Positions 49,106 through 58,658 of a DNA stretch of 64,000 bases are shown here, one piece after another; the first letter of the stretch is position 1; every line of letters starts with the position of its first letter. The DNA is taken from contig OY969926.1 in NCBI GenBank assembly GCA_963704645.1, forward strand, positions 704,001-768,000, given 5' to 3'. The DNA comes from an uncultured bacterium (lineage in GTDB: Bacteria; Patescibacteriota; JACMRA01). A program made the position numbers and the translations under genes. Below the pieces are notes generated by a model. That model saw nothing but the letters and a program-made list of their open reading frames with translations, made no database searches and was not told where the DNA came from.

Positions 49106-49750
49106 TTAACTTACTGAGTAAGTTGCAGTTCCTTGGTATTGTTGTGCTTTCAAACTGATACTGGTAGGCGCTGGGTATAAACCGTAAGCTGGGATATCAA
49201 TTTCAGCGTTAACATCAACAGTGTATGTACCATTTCCATTTCCTGAGGAAGCGGAGATAATACCGAAAGTATTACTTTCACCTGCTGCTGCAACAGTTGA
49301 TAATGCAGTGATTTCAACTTGAGAAGTAGGAGTTGTTAAACCTGCTGTGTTTCCAGAAACAGTTGTTTGACCGCTTGGAGTTACACGTAAGTATTTAGCA
49401 GCTGTACCGAAGTTGGCTGTAACGTCTGAAGCTAAAAGAATAATTTTAGTAGCATCAGTTTGACCAGTTAAGTTAGTAAACTTAACATCAGCAGACCATC
49501 CAGATAGAGAACCAGTGGTGTCAATAATAGTTGTGTCTAAAATGTCTCCAGTGGAGGTTTGTAATGTGTTTGCAATTGTGATTGCGCTTAAAGTAGCGGA
49601 AGCAGCAGCTGTGATAGTTCTTGTTCCACCATTAACAGTTAAGTTAAGAGTAGTGTTAGAGTTTCCTTGTGCGGAAGCAGGAACTACACCAGCAACAGCT
49701 AAAAGGCTACCTAAAAGAATAGCGGATTGAACTTTTTGAGACAATGTCAT
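49106..49750 (-). CDS. Small WxL-like secreted protein
   Basis: Signal peptide, TLNLTVNGG, DTTGSLSGWSA, terminal YQGTATYSV match the WxL domain layout with degenerate motifs. Confidence 0.65.
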   Translation of the reverse strand: MTLSQKVQSAILLGSLLAVAGVVPASAQGNSNTTLNLTVNGGTRTITAAASATLSAITIANTLQTSTGDILDTTIIDTTGSLSGWSADVKFTNLTGQTDATKIILLASDVTANFGTAAKYLRVTPSGQTTVSGNTAGLTTPTSQVEITALSTVAAAGESNTFGIISASSGNGNGTYTVDVNAEIDIPAYGLYPAPTSISLKAQQYQGTATYSVS

Positions 49751-49793
49751 ATAAATTTGTTTGTTTTTGTTGTTGTTAGTTTGGTTTGTTTAA

Positions 49794-49869
49794 AAAGTAC
49801 CGTCCTTAAAAGCTGCAGCTTTTTTTAGGTACTGCTATGCATTATAGTGTAGAGTTTAGTTATGGTCAA
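49794..49869 (-). promoter_or_regulatory. Promoter and 5' hairpin of WxL-like gene
   Basis: TTGACC (49869-49864), 17 nt, TATAAT (49846-49841); AGTACC...AAAAGCTGCAGCTTTT...GGTACT stem. Confidence 0.7.
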
Positions 49870-50168
49870 AAAATTTAGAATTGAACCTGTCTCCACACTC
49901 GTCACATATAAAATCTTACCTCCCAAAACATGTACTTGGATTGACTAAAGTCTCATACTTTACGCTTCAATCTCTATAGCCTAGCCAGTATACAAGCTTT
50001 CAGGGGTGGTGAATAAGGTTTTTGTCTAGAGTTAAATTTCGCTTGATTACTGTCAGCAACATGGTCACAGGCTTAATTTCAAATTTGCCAAAAAACTAAC
50101 AAAAGCCTACTCTTATAATAAATTTGAAATCTTCTTATAGATTTTAGAATATAAACAAAAACAAAATT

Positions 50169-53100
50169 ATGTTGCAGAAACAAAGCCAGTACTTTAAGCT
50201 TTTACACAAAAATAGAATATACTTATTCTTGTTTCTTATTTTTCTAACTATTGGTGCAACAGTTTCTTTAATTTATAATAATAATTTCAGAACAGCTTTT
50301 GCAGCTAATGAACCAATAATTAGTTTAGCTTTATCTCAAAAGTCTGGTACTGCTCCATTTACTGGGACTTGCACACCAGGAGGGAATACATATACACCAG
50401 GAGAAGATGCTTGTGATACTGATAATGTAGTTAGAACTTTAGATAATGTAGAGTTTAATTGGACTGTATCTGTAACTAGCGATCCTGCTAATAATGTTAC
50501 AATTACTCAAGTTTTGCCTAATGGTTTGACTTTTAATGGCGTAGTTTATAATCAGGGTGGTGGAACATCTGCAACTTTAAACTTACCTGTATTTTGTAAA
50601 ACTGGGGCAGGTTTTAATCCTCAATCTAGTATTACAGATAGTACTTTAGTTTGTAACCTTGGTTCATTCACAGCTGGTACTTCTACTACTACTAATTATA
50701 CTCAGATATTTGCTAAAGTTAAAGGAGATAATCCTAATGCAGCAAATATTTCTATTCCTTCTATTTCAGCGAATGCAGATTCAAACATTACAGCTGGAAC
50801 TAAGATTAGTAGTGTTAGCTCTAATGTTACCCCTAGTTTGATTGTTAGCGCCAGTCCTAAGTATGACGTGTTTTTAGCAAACAACATAGATACTTCAGTT
50901 CTTGAAAGTGTACTTAGTCCCACTGGCGAAGAAGGTGTATTAACAAGTGGGGTTGCAGTTAGTGCCAAATATGTTGGAATAAAAGGTGTGGAAATGATAC
51001 AGCAGCCGTTTAGTATTGATGTAACTTTGGAATATGTAAGCACTCCGGCCAGCGGTCAAACTTTTGAGGGAGCTAGATTTTACGATTGGGGTGATGTTTC
51101 AAAACTTGGGTGTACAGGTGCTGTAAGTATTGGAGGGTTTTTAAATAGCCCAAATGTAAATTGCAATCAGATATCCGGCCCTGGGAGTGCAGTAAGAGTA
51201 AATTTTAATAGTTTAGATTTATCTGGTACGCTTACAACAAATAAAATGTTTGCCAATACTCTCAACTCACCTGATCTTACTGTAGTTTCGCAGAAAGTAC
51301 GCTTTTGGATACCTAAAGCCGACTTTGATAAAATCTCAGGAACGTCTTTTCAATGGAGAGCTAGAGCTTCTAATTTTAATCTGGTAAGTATATCAGGAAC
51401 ACAAAATAATGGCACAGGCATTGAAACTAATACTGCAAACAATCTTGGAGCTACGAGTTCACTATTATATAATCCAGCCAATCCAGTTGGGGCAAGTATT
51501 CAATCTGGTTCTGGTGCTAACTTTGGATTGATTCAAAACTTGGTGATTGGAGGTGGATATGCCGCTGTGGGTGAAGCTACAGGTATTTCAGTTACAATTG
51601 GACAGCCTATAAATAGCTATTTTACAACTATCAATAATTTTTCAGTCTGTGCAGTGTTAGACACTAGTATTGCAAACCTACGGGGGCCTGCAGCTGGTTC
51701 AGCTGGATTTATTCCAGTTGCTGATCAGATAGACTTTTCAAGCGCAATATACGAATACGCAGCAATTCCAAACTTTGCTACAGCTAATTCTTGCGAGGAT
51801 ACCGATGGAACTTGGGTTACCTATGCAGATATTGGTAGTATTGGAGGCCTAGATGCAGTTACTAGAATTAGAGCAAGGAATGTTAACAATTTAAAACCAT
51901 TTTTGCCCTCTTCTTCAAATGCTCGTTTTGCGGTTCCTGTAAAAGTTAAAGACTTTCTCCCTACTTTAAATATAGCTTATTCACTACAAAAAGCATTCAC
52001 AAAATTTGGATCTGGATCTTGGGTAGGCGGGGGTGGGGGTGCCAACACATATGTTAATTTACTACCTAGAACATCTAAGGTTATTTTGGCAGACGGAACA
52101 AACAATAATACAAACACTGTTCTTTTAAACAATCCTGCAGGTAGTAGTAATACTATAAAATATGCTCTTCAATTTGGCTCATCCTCTGCTCTTACTGATC
52201 CTAGTAAACTTCATACCCTTAGTGTTAGAGAAAGGTTGCCAGTAGGCCAAAGATATTTAGTGGGTTCAGCACTCTTGGGTACTAGTGCAATTGAGCCCAC
52301 AAGCACTATTCTAAATGCCGATAATACTCAGGATTTGACTTGGGTATTTTCAGATATTCCATTTAATAGCCCCTTACGAACCATAACCTATAAAACAAAC
52401 GTTTCTGCCTTTACGCCAACAGGCACACCAATTTTAAATCAAACGGTAGCCACAAGTCCAGAATTTTTTAATGGAGATATACGGCCATTTTATACCAGTT
52501 ATACAGACTTTAATACTTTTAATACTGCGTTTAATTCTTCAACTAGTTGTAATAATACTACTATGTGTACCTCCTCCACAATAACCGTCCAAAACCTATC
52601 CTCCTTCGCGGTAGAACAAGTTCCAAATAATCCACTGATTGAAAAGAATAAAGATCTTGGTTTCACACTTCGTTATGGTAATTTGGATACACTTAACCCT
52701 GTAGCTTCCTCAACGCATATTAATGTATTTCCTTTTAGCGCTCAAACACCACCACGCTCTCCTGCCACCTCCTTTACAGGTAATCTTGTTTTCAAAGGTT
52801 TAGTTGTAGCTCCAAATAGTGCTAGTTCAGACCCTGCTGTGGTTAATACTAATGACAACATAACAGGTGGTGCTGGTACTGTTCAATATACTAAAGCAGT
52901 AAGTAGTAGTATAGCTTCTGATCCATGTGATGTTAGTAACAATCCTGCTGGCTCGCCCGTAAACACTAATCCAAGATGTGCTGGTGTAGATGGTTCTGTA
53001 ATTGGCACAGGAAGCACTATCTGGTGTGATGCTTCTCTAGATCCTGCTACTCCTAGTATTAAAAACTACTCAATCTTAAACAATGCTGGAGTTTATTCTG

Positions 53101-56012
53101 GAACCAATGGAGCAAACTCTTCAACTTGTCCTACTACTCTTTCTGAAGTAACGGCTTTTAGATTAGTTACAGGCTCTCTTCCTATTGCTTCTGGTTCTGG
53201 TGGAACTATCTATGAAGTTAAAGCTAACTTTGGTACTAATGGAAATACCAATAGTAATATCTACACTAACTTATCTCAAGCCAGAGCTGAAGGTATTGCT
53301 ACAGTTGCTACATCTAATAGTGCAGTAACCAGAGTAAGTAGTGGAAGTGTAAGTGGAAATATATTTAATGATAAAGACAGCAATGGAATAAAAGATATTC
53401 TAGCTACTATTCCTAATCCAAACTTTGATCCAGGCCTACCAACTGATCCTATCTCCAACCCTGAAACTATCACCAACCCAGAAAGTGACTTTGATCTTAG
53501 TGGGGTAAGCGTAGAACTAAGATACGGTACTGGTAATTTAGATGAAAACAACCTTCCAATTGCTGAGGGAAGTTTAATTACAACTGTAACTACTGATTCA
53601 ACTGGAAACTACACTTTCCCTAATATCTCAAGCGGTAACTACACCGTAGTTGTACTTCAAAACGGTATTCCTCTTTCTATTCAAACTACAGACAAAGACT
53701 TTGCATTAGACTTAGCTGCTAATCCAGGCTCTCCAAACAATACTCTTTTAGATAACTCAACGCCAATTACTTTAACATATACCAACGGAGTGGGTGTAAA
53801 CAATATTTCTAATGCAAACTTTGGATACAACCAATACAGCAGACTTACTGGTAAACTTTATGCTGATACAAATAACAATGGAATTCAAGATGATGGAAGT
53901 GTAAATGGTAACCCAGCTGAACCAGACTTTAACTCTACCACTAATCTAATTCCAACTGGTACCAGTGTAGTTATTACTTCTACAACAACACCAAGTATTA
54001 CTTACACTTTAACTACAGCAACATCTTCTACAGTTGTAAGTGGCTTTACTACAGGCAGCATTAACAACAGCGGTGTTGGTTCAAGTTTTGGATCCTTTTC
54101 TCAAGACTTACCTGTAGGAGAATATACCGTAACTGTTCTTACCGCCAATCCTAAATACATTGTTTCAGTTTCAACTCAGCTTGGTGATGCTGTTGGAGCT
54201 AACCCAAGTACACTAACTGTTAGCTTTGGTCAAACAAGAAGTTCTGGAAATGATGGATTACACCTTGTTCAAATTCAAAATACAGATATTGACTCTATTG
54301 CTTGTAACCCAACTACAACAAATGTTGATACAACCACAGATTGTACTGTTACTTTAGTAGCCGGTAGAAACTTTAATGCTTTAAGTGGAAGTATAGACTT
54401 TAGAATAGGCGATGGAATTGCAGGACAAGGTGGAACTGTTAAAACCTGCTCTATTCCTGTTACTGGTAATGGAGGAACTGGCAGTGATGGAACTATTACA
54501 GTTACAACTTTAACTTGTACGGGTATAACTGTAGGAAGTAATATTGGTATTTTCCCAGCAAGTTTTAAAACAAGCAACGATACAACTTTCATTACAGGAT
54601 CAAGCCCAACTAATATTACAGTAATTAATACAATTCAACCTAGTGATATTGACAGCATAGTTTGCCAAAGTCCTAAAGTAGTTAATGCAACTACAGACTG
54701 TGTTGTTACTCTAACTGCCAATGCCGTAAGTAGTAACAGAGCCTTTAACAATTTAACTGGTAGTATTGCTCTTAAAATATCTGATGGTATACTTTTAACT
54801 TGTCCTAACTTTGCATCGTCTACTTCACCTTTTAACACTCTAAATTGTAATGCAGTTTCTGTAGGAAGCTTAATAAGTTCTGGAAATGGATATACTGTGA
54901 ACTATGCTCTTAATGCTAGCACAACTACAACTGACGCACCTAATACTCCAAGTAAAAGCAATTATGTAGTGGTTAACAATACAATTCAACCTTCTAACCT
55001 ATCTAGTGTGGTTTGTGATAGTCCTAAACTAATTAACCAAACAACAGACTGTGTAGTTACTTTGGTAAGTGGAAATAGTTTTGCTAACTTATCTGGTGAC
55101 ATTAAAATTAAGATTAATGATGGACTTGAAACCTCATGCCCTGCCTTCTCTTCCTCAATTACTCCGTTTAACACCTTAACATGTACAGTAATTCCAGTAG
55201 GAACTTTAATTGGAACTTTCAAACCGGCCTATAGTTTAAGTAGTTCAGCAGCAATAGACACATTAAGTACTGATGTGGTTGTTTCTAATCCAGTTGATGA
55301 AACTATCTTGTCTAATCCATCAACTACAATTAATTGCCAAACAAATCAAATAAACTCTATTACAACTTGCACTTTCACTCTTCCTACAAATACTACTTTA
55401 GCCTCAGGATTAAAACTAGGTATTGGAGATTCTACACCAGCAGGAACTTGTATAGTAACTAATGCAACTACAGAAGAAGTAACTTGTACAGGTGTACCAA
55501 CAGGATCTTTAATAGGGCAACAAATTATTAAAGTGCAGATAGCCTCTGCAGCTGTGGTAGATACAACTAGTACTGCACTAGTAACAGACACTCCTTGTTC
55601 AACAACCAATCCTTGTGCTATTCTAGATTCTAGTCTAACCTACAACCCAACCCAAGCCCTAGCCAAAAGATATGGAGCTTCTGGTTCTACAAACTCAGAT
55701 AACCTAATACTAACTCTAAAAGATACAAGATTAGAACAATCTGGATTTACTACAACATGTTCCATAAAATATAAATTCAGAACAGATACAAGCTACAGAA
55801 TATTAACAACAAACTCTACCTACAATAATACTACAGGATGTACAGGAAACCTTCTTAAAGCAAATCAACTATTATTCAATGTAGACTTTGAAATAACTGC
55901 AATAACTACAAATACAACTACAAACACTACAAAGAACTATCTAATCTATTCCAACTACGATTTCAAAGCTGGTTCTATTGGAGTTACTTCTATTGGAGGA
56001 AGTGGGTTGTAG
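50169..56012 (+). CDS. Large secreted adhesin-like protein (DUF11-like, two SdrD-B-like domains, Cys-containing Ig-like repeats, shared C-terminal domain)
   Basis: Signal/TM; GSVSGNIFNDKDSNG...TDSTGNYTF; TGKLYADTNNNG; repeats IDSI.C....TTDC.VTL; ends GSIGVTSIGGSGL. Confidence 0.8.
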   Translation: MLQKQSQYFKLLHKNRIYLFLFLIFLTIGATVSLIYNNNFRTAFAANEPIISLALSQKSGTAPFTGTCTPGGNTYTPGEDACDTDNVVRTLDNVEFNWTVSVTSDPANNVTITQVLPNGLTFNGVVYNQGGGTSATLNLPVFCKTGAGFNPQSSITDSTLVCNLGSFTAGTSTTTNYTQIFAKVKGDNPNAANISIPSISANADSNITAGTKISSVSSNVTPSLIVSASPKYDVFLANNIDTSVLESVLSPTGEEGVLTSGVAVSAKYVGIKGVEMIQQPFSIDVTLEYVSTPASGQTFEGARFYDWGDVSKLGCTGAVSIGGFLNSPNVNCNQISGPGSAVRVNFNSLDLSGTLTTNKMFANTLNSPDLTVVSQKVRFWIPKADFDKISGTSFQWRARASNFNLVSISGTQNNGTGIETNTANNLGATSSLLYNPANPVGASIQSGSGANFGLIQNLVIGGGYAAVGEATGISVTIGQPINSYFTTINNFSVCAVLDTSIANLRGPAAGSAGFIPVADQIDFSSAIYEYAAIPNFATANSCEDTDGTWVTYADIGSIGGLDAVTRIRARNVNNLKPFLPSSSNARFAVPVKVKDFLPTLNIAYSLQKAFTKFGSGSWVGGGGGANTYVNLLPRTSKVILADGTNNNTNTVLLNNPAGSSNTIKYALQFGSSSALTDPSKLHTLSVRERLPVGQRYLVGSALLGTSAIEPTSTILNADNTQDLTWVFSDIPFNSPLRTITYKTNVSAFTPTGTPILNQTVATSPEFFNGDIRPFYTSYTDFNTFNTAFNSSTSCNNTTMCTSSTITVQNLSSFAVEQVPNNPLIEKNKDLGFTLRYGNLDTLNPVASSTHINVFPFSAQTPPRSPATSFTGNLVFKGLVVAPNSASSDPAVVNTNDNITGGAGTVQYTKAVSSSIASDPCDVSNNPAGSPVNTNPRCAGVDGSVIGTGSTIWCDASLDPATPSIKNYSILNNAGVYSGTNGANSSTCPTTLSEVTAFRLVTGSLPIASGSGGTIYEVKANFGTNGNTNSNIYTNLSQARAEGIATVATSNSAVTRVSSGSVSGNIFNDKDSNGIKDILATIPNPNFDPGLPTDPISNPETITNPESDFDLSGVSVELRYGTGNLDENNLPIAEGSLITTVTTDSTGNYTFPNISSGNYTVVVLQNGIPLSIQTTDKDFALDLAANPGSPNNTLLDNSTPITLTYTNGVGVNNISNANFGYNQYSRLTGKLYADTNNNGIQDDGSVNGNPAEPDFNSTTNLIPTGTSVVITSTTTPSITYTLTTATSSTVVSGFTTGSINNSGVGSSFGSFSQDLPVGEYTVTVLTANPKYIVSVSTQLGDAVGANPSTLTVSFGQTRSSGNDGLHLVQIQNTDIDSIACNPTTTNVDTTTDCTVTLVAGRNFNALSGSIDFRIGDGIAGQGGTVKTCSIPVTGNGGTGSDGTITVTTLTCTGITVGSNIGIFPASFKTSNDTTFITGSSPTNITVINTIQPSDIDSIVCQSPKVVNATTDCVVTLTANAVSSNRAFNNLTGSIALKISDGILLTCPNFASSTSPFNTLNCNAVSVGSLISSGNGYTVNYALNASTTTTDAPNTPSKSNYVVVNNTIQPSNLSSVVCDSPKLINQTTDCVVTLVSGNSFANLSGDIKIKINDGLETSCPAFSSSITPFNTLTCTVIPVGTLIGTFKPAYSLSSSAAIDTLSTDVVVSNPVDETILSNPSTTINCQTNQINSITTCTFTLPTNTTLASGLKLGIGDSTPAGTCIVTNATTEEVTCTGVPTGSLIGQQIIKVQIASAAVVDTTSTALVTDTPCSTTNPCAILDSSLTYNPTQALAKRYGASGSTNSDNLILTLKDTRLEQSGFTTTCSIKYKFRTDTSYRILTTNSTYNNTTGCTGNLLKANQLLFNVDFEITAITTNTTTNTTKNYLIYSNYDFKAGSIGVTSIGGSGL

Positions 56013-56175
56013 GGGGTAATCATTGAAATTCACAACACTATGTAGGGGAGATGCTTGTCATCTCCCAGGGGTAAGGGGATGGGGAGTGGACTTTAGTATG
56101 GGAATACTTTAACTCAACAACACCAAGTAGGGGAGATACCCTATCTCCCTGGGTAAACGAAGGGAAAGGAGGGAA
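55635..56175 (+). repeat. 541-bp perfect direct repeat, copy 1
   Basis: Identical by eye to 58051-58591; last 125 codons, stop and 163 nt downstream. Confidence 0.92.
56042..56149 (+). repeat. Two GTAG-tagged REP-like hairpins with G-tracts
   Basis: GTAG-GGGAGATG-CTTGT-CATCTCCC and GTAG-GGGAGATA-CCC-TATCTCCC; repeated at 58458-58565. Confidence 0.75.
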
Positions 56176-56247
56176 GGAAATCATCTCCAATCCCCTTTGC
56201 CCAAACCCAAAAAACAAAATACAATAAAACAAAACCAAAACAAAAAT

Positions 56248-58428
56248 ATGAATCAAAAATCATTTCCTAAAAAAGGTAATATTCTAAAATCATTCCTTCA
56301 ATCTAAAAAAGGACAATATTCTTTATTCTCTTTATTAACACTTTCTGTATTATTAATATCTGGATTATTTACTTTCTCTTTATTACAAAATACTGACACA
56401 GCATTAGCTGCTTTAAATTGTCCTGCTGGTTCTACTGTAAGTGGAAATACTTGTATATCTAATACTCCTTCTTCTTATACTTGTCCTGCTGGTCAGACTG
56501 TTAGTGGAACTAGTTGCATTACTACAAGTTGTCCTCAAGGTGGGGATTTAAGTGGTGGAAGTTGTGTAGCCAGTAATGCAAGTCCAGTGCAGACTAATGA
56601 TGCATGCCCAGTTTACACTTTTGGAGGAGCAACTCTTCAATCAGAAGCATTGGTTAGTGGTATTTCATTTTGTTTTACTGAGGGCGCAGAAGGTTCTAAT
56701 GCCAGTGTTACATATAATATAAATAATTGTAATTTAGGCTATGACTCTAATATTATACAGAATTACAATCAACCGACTTATGGAATTCCAGTAAATTATT
56801 TTGGAAGTACTGGGTCTTTTGTCTCCAGCTTTGGGGGGGCTGGTTCTACTTACCAATCTCCAAATGGTATTTGTGCTGGTGTAGTTCAATACGCACTAGG
56901 AGCAAATAATGAACCAGATATACAAAGAGTTTACGCTTACTGGAAAAAAGGACTATACACTTCTGTATATTCCTACACCGCCACAACCACCACCACAGGC
57001 TCAGCCACACCAGTCTACGGAACAGCAGTAACCCCAACTTCCTACACCCCAGAACCAGGCCAAATCACAGGTCTAACCTGTACACCTTCTAGCGTTGTAG
57101 CCTCAGGAACAGTAAACTGTAGCGGACAAGCCACAGGAGCACCAAGTGGAGTACCTTATGCAGGAAACATTACAGTAACAATAGACAACGGAGGAGGAAG
57201 TATAACAACTACAATAAACCCAGACGGAACTTTCACAGCTTCTTCAGTACCAGTAGGAACAACCACAGGAACTAAAGCAGCTACAACTAACTTAGGAGGA
57301 ACAACTTCTATTACAGTTACAGCAGCTTCTATCACAGTAGACCCAGACCTAGCTTCAGGCCCAGGAAGTTTATCTAACTCTACAGATTGTACAAGTGCAA
57401 AGAACGTAACTATTGGAACTGTCTACACTTGTTCTTTCCCAATCAACGGAACAGGCCCATTTGTATTACCAGCAGGAGGAATACAAGCTAGAACCAATCA
57501 AAGTGCAAACAACTCTACCCCAGTAAACACATGTACCATTGCAGCTTCAGTATTAACCTGTACAGGAATAACAACAGTAGGAACACCAAGTACATTAATA
57601 GCAGGAACTGGTAATGTACAATTAGGTAAGGGAACAACTCCAGCTACTTGGAACACTAAGGGAGTAGTTACCTTGGTAGCTGCCACCTCCCCCCTAACCA
57701 CAACCGACATCCCTTCCCTTACAGTAACATGTGGAGTAGGAGGAACTCCTGGAACAGTAAGAGTAAACACTACAACAACTTGTACCTTCACTCTTCCTAC
57801 AAACAAAACATTACCAAATAACTTCAAACTAGGAATAGGTAATGCAACCCCTGCAGGAACTTGTACTGTAGGAACAGGAATAAACTCTAGTCTAGTAACT
57901 TGTATTAACGTACCAACAGGAACACTTCTTGGAACACAACCTATTAACGGACAAATAGGAACTGAAACAATAACACCTACAGGAGAAACAGTAAATGTAA
58001 TAGATTCACTATGTTCCACAACTAACCCATGTGCCCTATTCGAAACAGCACTAACCTACAACCCAACCCAAGCCCTAGCCAAAAGATATGGAGCTTCTGG
58101 TTCTACAAACTCAGATAACCTAATACTAACTCTAAAAGATACAAGATTAGAACAATCTGGATTTACTACAACATGTTCCATAAAATATAAATTCAGAACA
58201 GATACAAGCTACAGAATATTAACAACAAACTCTACCTACAATAATACTACAGGATGTACAGGAAACCTTCTTAAAGCAAATCAACTATTATTCAATGTAG
58301 ACTTTGAAATAACTGCAATAACTACAAATACAACTACAAACACTACAAAGAACTATCTAATCTATTCCAACTACGATTTCAAAGCTGGTTCTATTGGAGT
58401 TACTTCTATTGGAGGAAGTGGGTTGTAG
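56248..58428 (+). CDS. Secreted Cys/Thr-rich adhesin-like protein with shared C-terminal domain
   Basis: ATG 56248 after A/C-rich leader; CPAG.T.SG..C repeats; Ig-like repeats homologous to the upstream gene; identical last 125 aa. Confidence 0.8.
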   Translation: MNQKSFPKKGNILKSFLQSKKGQYSLFSLLTLSVLLISGLFTFSLLQNTDTALAALNCPAGSTVSGNTCISNTPSSYTCPAGQTVSGTSCITTSCPQGGDLSGGSCVASNASPVQTNDACPVYTFGGATLQSEALVSGISFCFTEGAEGSNASVTYNINNCNLGYDSNIIQNYNQPTYGIPVNYFGSTGSFVSSFGGAGSTYQSPNGICAGVVQYALGANNEPDIQRVYAYWKKGLYTSVYSYTATTTTTGSATPVYGTAVTPTSYTPEPGQITGLTCTPSSVVASGTVNCSGQATGAPSGVPYAGNITVTIDNGGGSITTTINPDGTFTASSVPVGTTTGTKAATTNLGGTTSITVTAASITVDPDLASGPGSLSNSTDCTSAKNVTIGTVYTCSFPINGTGPFVLPAGGIQARTNQSANNSTPVNTCTIAASVLTCTGITTVGTPSTLIAGTGNVQLGKGTTPATWNTKGVVTLVAATSPLTTTDIPSLTVTCGVGGTPGTVRVNTTTTCTFTLPTNKTLPNNFKLGIGNATPAGTCTVGTGINSSLVTCINVPTGTLLGTQPINGQIGTETITPTGETVNVIDSLCSTTNPCALFETALTYNPTQALAKRYGASGSTNSDNLILTLKDTRLEQSGFTTTCSIKYKFRTDTSYRILTTNSTYNNTTGCTGNLLKANQLLFNVDFEITAITTNTTTNTTKNYLIYSNYDFKAGSIGVTSIGGSGL

Positions 58429-58591
58429 GGGGTAATCATTGAAATTCACAACACTATGTAGGGGAGATGCTTGTCATCTCCCAGGGGTAAGGGGATGGGG
58501 AGTGGACTTTAGTATGGGAATACTTTAACTCAACAACACCAAGTAGGGGAGATACCCTATCTCCCTGGGTAAACGAAGGGAAAGGAGGGAA
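58051..58591 (+). repeat. 541-bp perfect direct repeat, copy 2
   Basis: Identical to 55635-56175 (offset 2416). Confidence 0.92.
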
Positions 58592-58658
58592 TGGGTGTAT
58601 TTTGACGAAAAATTTATCTACAATAATTATTGTTTTAGAAACACATTTTATTATTTAT

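Noticed and set aside
50659-58019. Antisense Val-rich ORFs inside the adhesin genes
   Set aside because: Shadow frames of Thr/Asn-rich coding sequence
55635-58591. Diversity-generating retroelement TR/VR pair
   Set aside because: The copies are identical with no adenine-specific mismatches, both are in-frame gene ends, and no reverse transcriptase is in the window
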